Assembly: GCA_900661335.1 (NCBI GenBank)
Contig: CAACVY010000003.1
Location: forward strand, 99-64,098
DNA: 64,000 nt
DNA from: an uncultured bacterium
GTDB taxonomy: Bacteria; Verrucomicrobiota; Kiritimatiellia; PWTM01
Direction of reading: 5' to 3'
Of the stretch, positions 1-9,739 are shown piece after piece. The position numbers and the translations under genes were made by a program. The notes below the pieces were generated by a model. That model did no database searches. It worked only from the letters and a program-made list of their open reading frames with translations, and was not told where the DNA came from. Positions within the stretch are counted from its first letter, which is position 1; the number at the start of each line of letters is the position of its first letter.

Positions 1-2171
1 ACTTTTCAAGTTCGAACGGTTTGTGGAACGAACGGCGTGCCGCTGTCGGCAGGCATCGCGGAAGGAACTGACTGTAAAGTCCTTAGATTGTGTCCTCATG
101 CTCCCAAAGAGTGATTTCGACGCATTACGAGCGGTTAGGTTCGGTGGCTGGTTGGTCGGATCGTGTTTTCGGACGTGGTTCATTCCCGATCCCCTTGGCG
201 GCACTGAAATTGCAGCCAGATAGGGCGCCGTGTGTGCTGCGATGTTGAATGGAAAATCTCAACATGCAACTTGACCACGGGAAACGTGATCCATGAACAC
301 AATGTTCCGACTGTGCCGCCGGCAAGAGCTTCTGCGCATAGTCGAGCATACCGAGGAGGATTTCCCCAACTACATTGGCGTGTTTCACCCTGAGAAAGCT
401 TTTAAGGCTGACGAGATCTATGCGACGCAGAGGTCGCCTGTCTGAGCGCGGGCCGACTGAAAAAGTGGAGGAAGATCAGGGGTCACAGTGACGGGTCGGA
501 AATCACGCTCGAATCCGCCGGACTCGGAAAGGCTCAAAAAGGGCTACTGAGACATAAGGTCGCGGCCTTGCCTGAGAGAAGTGACTCAGTAGCGAAAAAG
601 TCCGCCAATTCAATGCGAGTCTCAAAAGTGATCTCTTGAGGCCAGAAAATCTTGCGAATGTTCCAAAGTATGACCTGTTGTGCGCCGGCATGGGTGGCGA
701 TGTTTTCCATGTGGGCGGGAGCGAAAGAAACGTGGCTCGTGTTCCTGCCCCACACGTGAACCTAGATTTTCCCCGTGCGGCAGGAAGGACGGAACATGAG
801 CGAGAAACGGGCCGTCGTTAACGTCACTGCCTGTTGCGGCGGCGAAGGAATCCCCAGCTGGGTCAGACTTGGCGCTTCGCACTTCAGGTGAGCCACGGGC
901 AATCGTGGGCTGGATGAGACCTGTTCGCTTGCTATGACAAGGTCTGAAACATGGTTGCGGGGGTTGCAGCCATCATTGGGTAGGGTGGGTGCGTATGCAA
1001 AGTAAACACGAGGAGTCGGAGCCGTATGAACAGCGGTGACAGGCGAGTCGGGCCGAACCGGTTTGCAGTCGCGGTGGGGGATCGGACGCGGAGCCAAGAA
1101 TATTCTTTTCCCCGGGGACGGCGACATGATGCGGTTCGCGGCCAGCGTTTTCGGTATGCGCAGAGTGGCGCTAGCCGCTTTGGAGAGAGCGTATGACGAA
1201 GCCCATCCAGTTTCGCTGGCGGTACGGGCCTAGCCACATAAACGCGAACCACAAAAACTGCGAATCTTGCCTTGACCGAAAGGGCGGCGAAACGACTGTT
1301 TCTTCGCCGTAAATGCAACGTGCACGGTTGCCGGGACTTTCGGCGAGGATTATACTCTAGATGATGTCGGAAGCGCGGCGCATGTGCCTGACTGCGTTAG
1401 TGGACGCGTGCAGGGCCATGATGGCGATCGGATCATGTCGTTCGTGATATTTGGGGCCTTGGGCGCGCAGAGCCGCCGCGCTGGAATCGGGCCCAGACTG
1501 TTTGAGTTTGATTGTGGCCGATCCGCTGCTGGCGGGTCGGTTGGTGCGGGTGCGAGAGTTTGAGCCGGCGAAAAACCAGTTCACTTCGGTGCGGGCCGTC
1601 GCGTGAGGCCGGACGCGCCACCCGTCCAGTTGGTGATTAGTGGGAGTATAAGCCGGATGCGGCTCCAGGGGAGGTCATCGAGCTGTGACGATCGATGAGT
1701 TGGCGCAAAGCTATCGTCAGAAGATCCAGGGTCGACTGGCAGCGTTGGGGGTCGTTGTGGAGCGCCCGGCGTTCTCTGACATCGTCGGTGAAAGCCAGGG
1801 AAATCGTCGAGCTCGCCTGCAGAGAGGTTGCGTTGGGCGGGCATCGATCGTCCGGAGTGGCGTGACGTGCGGTGCCGGTGGATCGCGCACGCTTCACAGT
1901 TTCCTCATATCCGGTGGGAGGCGCTGCAGGCGATTGCGGCGACCTCGCAACGGCCGAGGAAGGAGCGAGATTTGAGCTTTTATGGAGACTTGGATTTCAT
2001 CCCAACGAATGGCCGTGGCGAGGAGGATGCGCATTGGGCGCGAGCGGCGGTGCAGTTGGCTGGCGAACTGTTGGCGAGTTGTGTGGCACGGCTTGGGGGA
2101 AGACCGGAGAGCAGTCCATAGGGCGGTCGGTGAACGCTAGGCCTGTCGGGTGTGGATCAAGGAGGTCTCAG

Positions 2172-5100
2172 GTGAATGCAGTGCACTTGCGGGTGGGGGC
2201 CTGTTGGGCTGGGTGGATTTTCGTAGCGGGACTGGCGTACGCGGGAAGTCCGACGCGATGGTGCTGGGAGGACCCCAAAGCCACCGTGATGCCTTCGGGA
2301 GATCTAGAGTGGAAGCCCGAGCGATTCGAGCCGGTCGTGCAAGAACCTGTGCGTTACATCGATTTCGAAGCAGGGGACGACACTGGACCGGGTACACGGG
2401 AGCGTCCATGGAAACACCACCCGTGGGATCCCCAGGCGACCGGGGAAGTGGCAGCGTCACGTCGAATTGCCACGTACGTGTTCAAACGCGGGGTGATTTA
2501 CCGTGGCACGTTGCTCGTAAAGGAGTCCGGCACGGCGGAGCGACCGATTCGCTTGCTCAGCTTGCCGGACTGGGGCGAAGGGGAGGCGATCTTGGCCGGT
2601 TCGGTGGCGATTACTGGTTGGCAACGAGGTGCGAAGCATCCCGATATTCCCGATCCCGAGCGTGTTTGGTGGGTGGATCTCGACTTTGCGCCGAGGAATG
2701 TCTGGTGGGTCCGCGGGATCCATGACATTGTTCGAATTCCTCTCGCCCGTACGCCGAACTGGGTGATCCGGGACTGGGATGACATCAAAGGGGAGTGGTA
2801 CCAGTTCAACAATCCGGACCGGCGCCACGTGTGGGGAACAAGTATCGAGATCCAAGGGGTTCGGCGGCCGATGGGTATAGACACCGTGCACTTGACGCGC
2901 GAGCCCACGTACTACGAAGGGGCGCTCATCTGGTCGGAGTATGGCTGGGTGATGGGTACACCGTATCCCTCGCGGGTGGTCAAGTTCGACCCAGAGCAGC
3001 GAGCCTTGGTGTTCGGCGGTCAGTGGGGCGACGCAATCGGCAGCTATCACTACCCGCGGCACACGCGGTACTACCTGGAGGACAAGCCGCACTATTTGGA
3101 CGACGGCGAGAACGGTGAATTTTGGTTCGAGCCGCGCGGGCGGGGTGGTCGGCTGTACCTCCGATTGCCCGGCGACCGCGACCCGACGAACCTTTGGATC
3201 GAAGCGGCCCAACAGATTTACCTGTTGGACGGCACGAACGTTTCGCACCTCGGTGTGTCTGGATTGGCCTTTCGGTTCACCAATGTCGCGTGGGACTTGA
3301 CGGCGTTGCCCACCCGGCGCGACGCAGAGCCGGGGTGCATTCGATTGTTGGGGACGTGTCGGGACATTCGGATCACCCACAACCGATTTGAGCATGTGCA
3401 TATGCCTATCCGGATGAAGGCGGTTGGCCCTTCGGACGAGCTCGATGACATTTGGGTGACCGACAATCTGTTCCAGTTTACCGACCACGGCGGCCTGGTG
3501 ATCGAGGATGGCGGAGCGTACAACCTACCGGATCCGGAGATCGGACGAGTCCGCGACGTGAAGGTATTGCGGAATCGGTTTCACATGATTGGCCAGCGGC
3601 CCAGCCGCTACGGACAGGGACACGCGCTGGAAGTCGTGTGCGCCGAGACGCTGGAGGTGGCGGGGAACGTTCTCGATCGTTTGTTTGGGGCTGGGATTTT
3701 CGTGTTTGGCGGCAAGCGTAACGGCAGCCGCGCAGACCGCCCGCTGACGCGACTGTTGATCCATCACAACCGGGTCGTGGATTCGCTGTTGAACAACAAC
3801 GATTGGGGTGGCATCGAGACTTGGCAGGGCGGGCCGGCCTATGTCTTCAATAACGTTTCGGGCAACCCGGGAGGGTTCAAGCTGTGGGGGCATTTGCTTC
3901 ACACCAACCGTCCGGGAAGCTCGCGGTTTGGCCATGCGTACTACCTCGACGGCGGGTTCAAGCAGTACTACTTCAACAACATCGCGTGGGGCCAGTGTTC
4001 GGATCCGTTCGATCGGCGGGGCAACACCGCGGCGTTTCAAGAGATCCACGGATTTGCGTGCCGGATCTTTAACAACACGGCATTCAATTTCGTGGTTGGA
4101 TCTCGCCGGCAGGCACCACAAGCCGGTCGGAACCAGTACCTGGGCAATATCTGGCAGCGCATCGGACACATGGTGTTTCGTCATGCAGATCCCCTCGCGC
4201 GTCCCGTGGACCCCAACGCAGCCGATGCGGGGCGACCAACCTCCGACTACCACCACGAGTCGAACGCCTATGAGGCCAACGTCTTCCACGAGATCCGTGA
4301 CCTCATCGGCGTCTTCGAGCCTGATGGGCGATGCTACTCTTCTCTGGAGGAGTTCGCCCGTGCGTTGTGTGCGCGAGGCTCGTTGGGCTCCGTAGGGTGG
4401 CTCGTAGAGACGAGTCCGCTACGCGATCCAGATCGGCACGATTTCCGCCCGACGGAAGTGGCTCGGGATCGAGGTGTGCGAGTGTTTGTGCCCTGGGGAC
4501 TGTGCGCCACTGTGGCGGAATGGGATTTCATCCCGTCGGGACGCGATCCACATTGCATTTTAGATGACCATTTTCACATGGCGCCGTACCACGTGCGTCG
4601 AGAAGAGTACCGAAAGGTGCCCACGTATCCGCTGCGGACGGTAAATATGGGACCCGAGGAGTTTGTCGAAGGCCCGTTGGAAGATTGGATTCGAGGGGCG
4701 CTTCGGTTCAACGGGCAAAACCAATACGCGGTACTCGCGCATACGGCGTGCATGGTGCGGGTCGAGGCCCCCATGGCCGCGGAACCTCGCAATGAGGCCC
4801 ATCCACGCATCGCCATTCAGGTGCCACCGAGTTGGGTGCCTGGTTCGGACGATGTCGTTCGGGTCCGCGTGCAAGGGGTGCCGGAGGGCGCTTGGCTCCA
4901 TGTGGATCTTCATGGCACCTGCAACAACGACCGGTACGTGGGAGTGGTGGCCGCCGGTCGACAGCCGCAGCAGATTCGAGGGCCGGGGCCCTACGAGTTT
5001 CGATTCCGGCCTCCCGATCGGCCGAATTTGACGCACTACGTCGTCGTTGCGTTCGTCAGCACCAACCAGCGCTGGGAGGGCCGCACCGACGTGGCACGGT

Positions 5101-5669
5101 GGTCGGTACGCGTTCGCCGGCCCGAACCGACGACGGTGTATCGGAGTCCGTCTGTGTCACGTGAGAACCTGCTCGTCGAGCTCGTGGTCCGTCCATTTTC
5201 GGGACGTTCGGGCGGCATATTGGTGCAAAAGTGGAATGGCAGCGGCTATCGGCTCAGGCTTAACGAGCACGGGAGAGTTGTGTTCGAAATCGCGGGTGAG
5301 GGCCAGCGGGCGGCCGTGGAGTCCCCGGCGCCGGTGAACGACGGAACCTGGCACCACGTGGTGGCTGAAGCGGACCGCACCCAGCGGCGATTGCGACTGT
5401 ATTTGGACGGGCGGCGGGTGGCCGAAAGCTCTGGGCTAGGGACCGTGTCGCTGGAAACGTCCGCGGATCTCTACCTAGGCGGTTCGCCGGAAGGCGGATG
5501 GTTTTGTGGAGAGATGGACTTCGCGCGGATCGCGTTAGGCACGCTGGAGGACGCACGCACGACGATTGAGGAAATGTACGCGTGGCAGTTCCATGGACCC
5601 TTTTTGAAAGATTTTCTCGGCCGTACGCCCAATGGGCGTCGCGACGCAGGGGCCTTGGAAGGCGACTAG
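2172..5669 (+). CDS. secreted right-handed parallel beta-helix repeat protein with C-terminal LamG/concanavalin-A-like domain
   Basis: The ORF spans 1872..5669. An in-frame GTG at 2172 lies 7 nt after AAGGAGG (2158-2164) and is followed by the signal-like segment VNAVHLRVGACWAGWIFVAGLAYAGS. Repeated PbH1-type motifs are present (NRFEHVHM, LRNRFHMIG, HHNRVVDS, VFNNVSGN, YFNNIAWG, IFNNTAFN). The C-terminus (DGTWHHVVAEADRTQRRLRLYLDGRRV...LYLGGSPEGG) looks like LamG. Confidence 0.75.
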   Translation: MNAVHLRVGACWAGWIFVAGLAYAGSPTRWCWEDPKATVMPSGDLEWKPERFEPVVQEPVRYIDFEAGDDTGPGTRERPWKHHPWDPQATGEVAASRRIATYVFKRGVIYRGTLLVKESGTAERPIRLLSLPDWGEGEAILAGSVAITGWQRGAKHPDIPDPERVWWVDLDFAPRNVWWVRGIHDIVRIPLARTPNWVIRDWDDIKGEWYQFNNPDRRHVWGTSIEIQGVRRPMGIDTVHLTREPTYYEGALIWSEYGWVMGTPYPSRVVKFDPEQRALVFGGQWGDAIGSYHYPRHTRYYLEDKPHYLDDGENGEFWFEPRGRGGRLYLRLPGDRDPTNLWIEAAQQIYLLDGTNVSHLGVSGLAFRFTNVAWDLTALPTRRDAEPGCIRLLGTCRDIRITHNRFEHVHMPIRMKAVGPSDELDDIWVTDNLFQFTDHGGLVIEDGGAYNLPDPEIGRVRDVKVLRNRFHMIGQRPSRYGQGHALEVVCAETLEVAGNVLDRLFGAGIFVFGGKRNGSRADRPLTRLLIHHNRVVDSLLNNNDWGGIETWQGGPAYVFNNVSGNPGGFKLWGHLLHTNRPGSSRFGHAYYLDGGFKQYYFNNIAWGQCSDPFDRRGNTAAFQEIHGFACRIFNNTAFNFVVGSRRQAPQAGRNQYLGNIWQRIGHMVFRHADPLARPVDPNAADAGRPTSDYHHESNAYEANVFHEIRDLIGVFEPDGRCYSSLEEFARALCARGSLGSVGWLVETSPLRDPDRHDFRPTEVARDRGVRVFVPWGLCATVAEWDFIPSGRDPHCILDDHFHMAPYHVRREEYRKVPTYPLRTVNMGPEEFVEGPLEDWIRGALRFNGQNQYAVLAHTACMVRVEAPMAAEPRNEAHPRIAIQVPPSWVPGSDDVVRVRVQGVPEGAWLHVDLHGTCNNDRYVGVVAAGRQPQQIRGPGPYEFRFRPPDRPNLTHYVVVAFVSTNQRWEGRTDVARWSVRVRRPEPTTVYRSPSVSRENLLVELVVRPFSGRSGGILVQKWNGSGYRLRLNEHGRVVFEIAGEGQRAAVESPAPVNDGTWHHVVAEADRTQRRLRLYLDGRRVAESSGLGTVSLETSADLYLGGSPEGGWFCGEMDFARIALGTLEDARTTIEEMYAWQFHGPFLKDFLGRTPNGRRDAGALEGD

Positions 5670-5715
5670 CCTTTCGAGTTTCCGTTGGCAGTCGTCGCCA
5701 TTCGGTGGATTCCAC

Positions 5716-7308
5716 TCAGTTGTGTTGGTAAAGTGCGATTCGAGTTTTCCCGACGCGGACTTCGCACAACGGTCGCGTAGGTTCGGGCGCCTGAGTGAGT
5801 CCTTGCATGGAACTTACGACGAGCCAGCCACCGCGGGAAAGAGCACCCCATGCGTCTTCGATAGTGCGGAATTCGCGGATCGGGCGTCCGAGGTGAAATT
5901 CGAGCGACGCTAGGTTGTCCCCGACGCCAGCCAAGGTGGATGCCTGGGCGAGGTAGGGCGCGGCAGAGCGGGCGAAGTTCATGATCACCTGTTCCCGCTC
6001 GATCCATGGCGCCATCGGGCCCGCCAATACCAGGAGCGAGGTCCAGACGCCCAATGAAAACGTAGCGCGGGGGAGCTCCGACGTTGTGCGGCGGGCGCGG
6101 AAGATGCCTACGAGTCCGCACAGACCTGTCGCAAGGCCAGCTCCTACGACCCAAGTGGGTACGGTGAGCTCGGGGACGTAGCGTGTCCATGCGGGCGAAG
6201 TGGCCAATGCGAGACCGAGGCACACCAATGCGATGTCCAGGACGAGCCCATAGGTGAAGCGAATGCGATTGGCCGCGACTGCAGAGGGGTGTGTGGCCCA
6301 GGCGCCCGCCATCAGTAAAGTCGGCGCGAGAAGTAGCGAGCAGTAGTGGATCTGTTTGTTGGCGGCGGCAGAGAGCATGAACACAGTAACGGCGAGCCAG
6401 ACCAGCAGCCATCGATCTGCGGTGTGGGAGCGGGCGCGGCGAACGGCGAGAACCAGCCCCAGCACCACCGCAGGGCTCCAGGGGAGCATAGCGACCAAGG
6501 CGGTGTAGCTGTAGTACCCGATGGGACCCGGATGCGTGGGCCGGTCCCACATCACGGACAGCTCCGAACTCACGGCGGCTTGCGCGGCCGCACGAGAGCT
6601 CCCGGACAGCCCCACGGGGACATACCAAGCCAAGGCGAGGGCGACTGCAAGCACCAGTGCGCCCACTCGGGATGGCCATGCCGTCGGCTCCTGTGTGCGA
6701 CTTTTGCGATGGCCGAACAGCATGACCGCGGCCAAGGTGAGCAGCGGTGCTGGGCTCTTTGTCAATGTGCCGAGTCCTGCCGCGGCGCCGGCGGCCCACC
6801 CCCAAAGTGGGGCGTGACCTTTGGCCCAGGCGCGCCATGCAGACCATATCGACAACAAGATCCAGAACGCTTGGGCCATGTCGGCTTCGATCCGAAAGCC
6901 AAAGCGGACGAACGCATAGCTGGTGACCAGCATGGCAGCCGCCGCCGCGGCGGCTCGGCGGCCGACCCACTCGCGCCCTGCGATGTAGACGAGCGCGATC
7001 AGTCCGACCGAAAACACGATCCCGACAGCGCGCGCGGCCAGTGGGGACTGAGTGGTGCCTGCGCACCAGTAGGAGGCGCCAGTGAGCCAATACATGAGCG
7101 GGGGTTTTTGGTAGCGAGGTTGGCCGCGAAAGGTCGGCCGAAGCCAGTGTCCTTGCTCGACCATGTCGCGCGCGGTGAGCGCGATCCGCAGCTCCTGCAT
7201 TCGCGCCAAGGGTAGCCGGGCCGCCATGTACGCGAGCACAACACCAGCGCCCAGAGCGAGAAGGCCAACCTGCACACCTGGGCGGCACCAGCAACGACGC
7301 AGATTCAC
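5716..7308 (-). CDS. ArnT/PMT-like (GT39/GT83) membrane glycosyltransferase
   Basis: The ORF spans 5716..7407. It is polytopic and hydrophobic, and its N-terminal loop (RMQELRIALTARDMVEQGHWLRPTFRGQPRYQKPPLMYWL) is typical of dolichyl/undecaprenyl-phosphate-sugar transferases. The likely start is the GTG at 7308 (VNLRRCW...), but this is uncertain. Confidence 0.7.
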   Translation of the reverse strand: MNLRRCWCRPGVQVGLLALGAGVVLAYMAARLPLARMQELRIALTARDMVEQGHWLRPTFRGQPRYQKPPLMYWLTGASYWCAGTTQSPLAARAVGIVFSVGLIALVYIAGREWVGRRAAAAAAAMLVTSYAFVRFGFRIEADMAQAFWILLSIWSAWRAWAKGHAPLWGWAAGAAAGLGTLTKSPAPLLTLAAVMLFGHRKSRTQEPTAWPSRVGALVLAVALALAWYVPVGLSGSSRAAAQAAVSSELSVMWDRPTHPGPIGYYSYTALVAMLPWSPAVVLGLVLAVRRARSHTADRWLLVWLAVTVFMLSAAANKQIHYCSLLLAPTLLMAGAWATHPSAVAANRIRFTYGLVLDIALVCLGLALATSPAWTRYVPELTVPTWVVGAGLATGLCGLVGIFRARRTTSELPRATFSLGVWTSLLVLAGPMAPWIEREQVIMNFARSAAPYLAQASTLAGVGDNLASLEFHLGRPIREFRTIEDAWGALSRGGWLVVSSMQGLTQAPEPTRPLCEVRVGKTRIALYQHN

Positions 7309-7450
7309 AGTGCACAGTTTAGCATACGGCCGTGGTCGCTGACGCGTTCCGAGCCGCGCCGCTCGGCTGTCCGAAGTCGGGTGGGCAGAGTTTGAGCACG
7401 TGACCAAGTGGTTGGCATAGCTGAAACGCCGTGTTTATGCTGAACGTAGC

Positions 7451-8200
7451 ATGGAATTGGTCGGTACGGTTTCATTGATTACTGGGGGGGCGGTGCGGAT
7501 CGGCCGAGCCATCACGATGGCGTTGGCGAACGCGGGCTCGCACGTCGTGATTCATTATCGGCAGTCTGCAAAGGAGGCTCGGGAGTTGGTGGAGCAACTC
7601 TGTCTCCACGGCTTGCGTGCGTCGTGCGTGCATGCGGACTTAAGCCGGCCCAGCGCGGCGGAGCGACTTATGGAGCGAGTCCGGCGGGAGGTGGGGCCGG
7701 TGGACGTGTTGGTCAACAACGCGGCAGTCTTTCACAAGCGGTCATGGTGGGACCTTACCCCACAGGACCTTCGGGCCGAGTTGGCCGTGAACTTGGAATC
7801 CCCGCTGGCGCTGATGGTGGCCTTCGCACATCAACGGCGGGCGGGAGTGATTGTCAACCTGCTCGATCGTCGAATCGTGGGGTACGATCCTTCCTGCCCT
7901 GCGTACGAGCTCTCCAAGAAGGCGTTGGCCGAGGCAACGCGTGCGGCGGCGCTCGCGTTGGCACCCGACATTCGAGTCAACGCCGTGGCTCCGGGTGTCG
8001 TGCTGCCGCCGCCCGGCAAAGGAGAGAAATACCTCCGCGACCGGGCCGGAAAGATTCCGCTCGGGCGTCGGGTCCGACCAGAAGAGATCGCCGATGCGGT
8101 GATGTGTCTTATACGGGCGGACTCCGTGACCGGGCAAATCCTTTGGGTGGACGGCGGGCAGCACTTGCTGGGTAGCGCGGCGAACCTGATGCCGACGTGA
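7451..8200 (+). CDS. short-chain dehydrogenase/reductase (pteridine-reductase-like SDR)
   Basis: TGGAVRIG Rossmann motif, NNAAVF, a YELSKKAL catalytic Y-x3-K, and a length of 249 aa. Confidence 0.8.
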   Translation: MELVGTVSLITGGAVRIGRAITMALANAGSHVVIHYRQSAKEARELVEQLCLHGLRASCVHADLSRPSAAERLMERVRREVGPVDVLVNNAAVFHKRSWWDLTPQDLRAELAVNLESPLALMVAFAHQRRAGVIVNLLDRRIVGYDPSCPAYELSKKALAEATRAAALALAPDIRVNAVAPGVVLPPPGKGEKYLRDRAGKIPLGRRVRPEEIADAVMCLIRADSVTGQILWVDGGQHLLGSAANLMPT

Positions 8201-8331
8201 GGCTTCTCGCTCGCGCGGTACAACGTCCGTGGGCGGACTCGACCGCTGGAACATTCGATCGAGCCCAACGCGACGGTGATTGCGCCGACGCAGGTCGAGG
8301 TTCGCTAGGGTGAATGAGCTATGGGCTGGCT

Positions 8332-9714
8332 CTACCGTGCCGTGCGCGCGAGTTCCAAGGCGCGGGTCGTCGTGTAGTACTTCGTGATCATGTTCGGCAC
8401 TTCCCAGTCCGGCATTCGACCCTCGCGAAGGAACCGCAGAAACTTCTCGGCTACTTGGGCGAAATGCGCTTCGTGCCCCACATGATATTTGTCGGGCACG
8501 ACCACCGTCCAACCGCGCTCGTTCGGCTGGAGATCCACCCCTGGATAGCGAGCTTGGATCTTTGGCAGAGCGCGCGTCAGCGCGGCCTGTAGGTCTTCCT
8601 TGCTCACCCCGGGCGCAGGCTCGATGTACAAGACCGGCTTCCAGTTCTGTTCAGCACCTTGACGAATCACCAAATGGGCGCGGGTTCCGCGTAGGATCGA
8701 GAAGTGCGTGTCGCCACCCCCTGGGGGTGCTTCGAAGTTCCAGATGACCGAGACCTTGGCATGGATTCCCCGCAAGCGGTAGATCATTTCGCCATTCGCA
8801 TAGACGTGCAACTGGCCATTGGTCACGTCCTTCAGCAAGTAGTCCGGCCACGGATCTTTGCGGGTGACTTGTCGGAACTGCTCCGGTGTCAGTACCGTGG
8901 GCCAACGTCGCGCGCGAAGCATCTCGACGTCTTTACGCCAGTCCAGGCTTTGTTCCGGGAAGCACTCCCATTGGATCAAGTCCACCAGGTGGGTGGTGAC
9001 GTCCACAAGCCCTTCGCCTTGTTGGGTGACATCGAAAAACCATGGAGGCCGGACCAGCGGGGATCCGCTGACCATCTTGGAGAAATGGTGGACACTTTCT
9101 TTCGTGACGGCCGGTTCCTCCGGGGTTCCGGTTACCAGCGTGCCGAACACTTCGGGAATCATCGAGAATTCACGTTGCAGAATGGTCGTGATTTCGTATC
9201 GTTCGGTCATGATGTCGTAGAGCAGGACGTTATTTCGCCGCGCGACCTCGAATGCGCGGCACAGGCGGTGGAAGCTGTCGCTGTCGATGGCCATCGGCTT
9301 GTCGGCCAACACGTGGAGCCCGGCTTGGACGCAGGACTCGATGTACTCGATCTTGCGCCGGTTGTTGCCGGAGATGACGACGACATTGCCAGGCCGCTCG
9401 CGAATCATGCGCTCGAGATAATCGGGACCGCGGTAGACGACGGTTTTCCAGGCCGTGGGATTTTCCGCGCGGGTGTTGTAGGCCTCGATACGTTTGAGGT
9501 GCGCTTCAAGCTCTTCGCCGTCCGGTGCGTAGACGTGCACCACTGGGGAGACGCCGGGGAGCATGGTTTTTTGCACCAAGGCCGCATGGAAATGTCCTGG
9601 ATCCAAGGTCATCAACCGGATCTCACCGCGCAGGCCCATGGTTTGGCAGGCCACCAATCCGCACGCGAGCGCGCTCAACCCGAGCGCGGCACCGCTGATT
9701 AGAACGGACCTCAT
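8332..9714 (-). CDS. Gfo/Idh/MocA-related oxidoreductase, probable lipoprotein
   Basis: The ATG at 9714 is preceded by GAAAGGAGAAAGGAG. The signal/lipobox is MRSVLISGAALGLSALACGLVAC, followed by LDPGHFHAALV and a GNNRRKIEYIE...VLADKPMA Rossmann-type N-domain. Confidence 0.7.
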   Translation of the reverse strand: MRSVLISGAALGLSALACGLVACQTMGLRGEIRLMTLDPGHFHAALVQKTMLPGVSPVVHVYAPDGEELEAHLKRIEAYNTRAENPTAWKTVVYRGPDYLERMIRERPGNVVVISGNNRRKIEYIESCVQAGLHVLADKPMAIDSDSFHRLCRAFEVARRNNVLLYDIMTERYEITTILQREFSMIPEVFGTLVTGTPEEPAVTKESVHHFSKMVSGSPLVRPPWFFDVTQQGEGLVDVTTHLVDLIQWECFPEQSLDWRKDVEMLRARRWPTVLTPEQFRQVTRKDPWPDYLLKDVTNGQLHVYANGEMIYRLRGIHAKVSVIWNFEAPPGGGDTHFSILRGTRAHLVIRQGAEQNWKPVLYIEPAPGVSKEDLQAALTRALPKIQARYPGVDLQPNERGWTVVVPDKYHVGHEAHFAQVAEKFLRFLREGRMPDWEVPNMITKYYTTTRALELARTAR

Positions 9715-9739
9715 ACGCAACTCCTTTCTCCTTTCGAAG

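Noticed and set aside
1325-1345. A GAAAGTCC-like string on the minus strand resembling the RNase P RNA P4 core.
   Set aside because: The surrounding sequence has none of the other universally conserved RNase P blocks, such as ACAGAACCCGGCTTA.
1872-2171. The 100-codon N-terminal extension of the beta-helix protein ORF.
   Set aside because: It has no signal or domain features. A strong AAGGAGG-N7-GTG followed by a signal-like segment at 2172 is the more plausible start.
5666-7315. A 549-aa ORF on the minus strand overlapping the ArnT-like gene.
   Set aside because: It lies in an alternative frame of the same strand. Its composition is extreme Arg/Pro/Gly/His and does not look like protein, which is a typical high-GC shadow ORF. 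The 5716..7407 frame carries the glycosyltransferase motifs.
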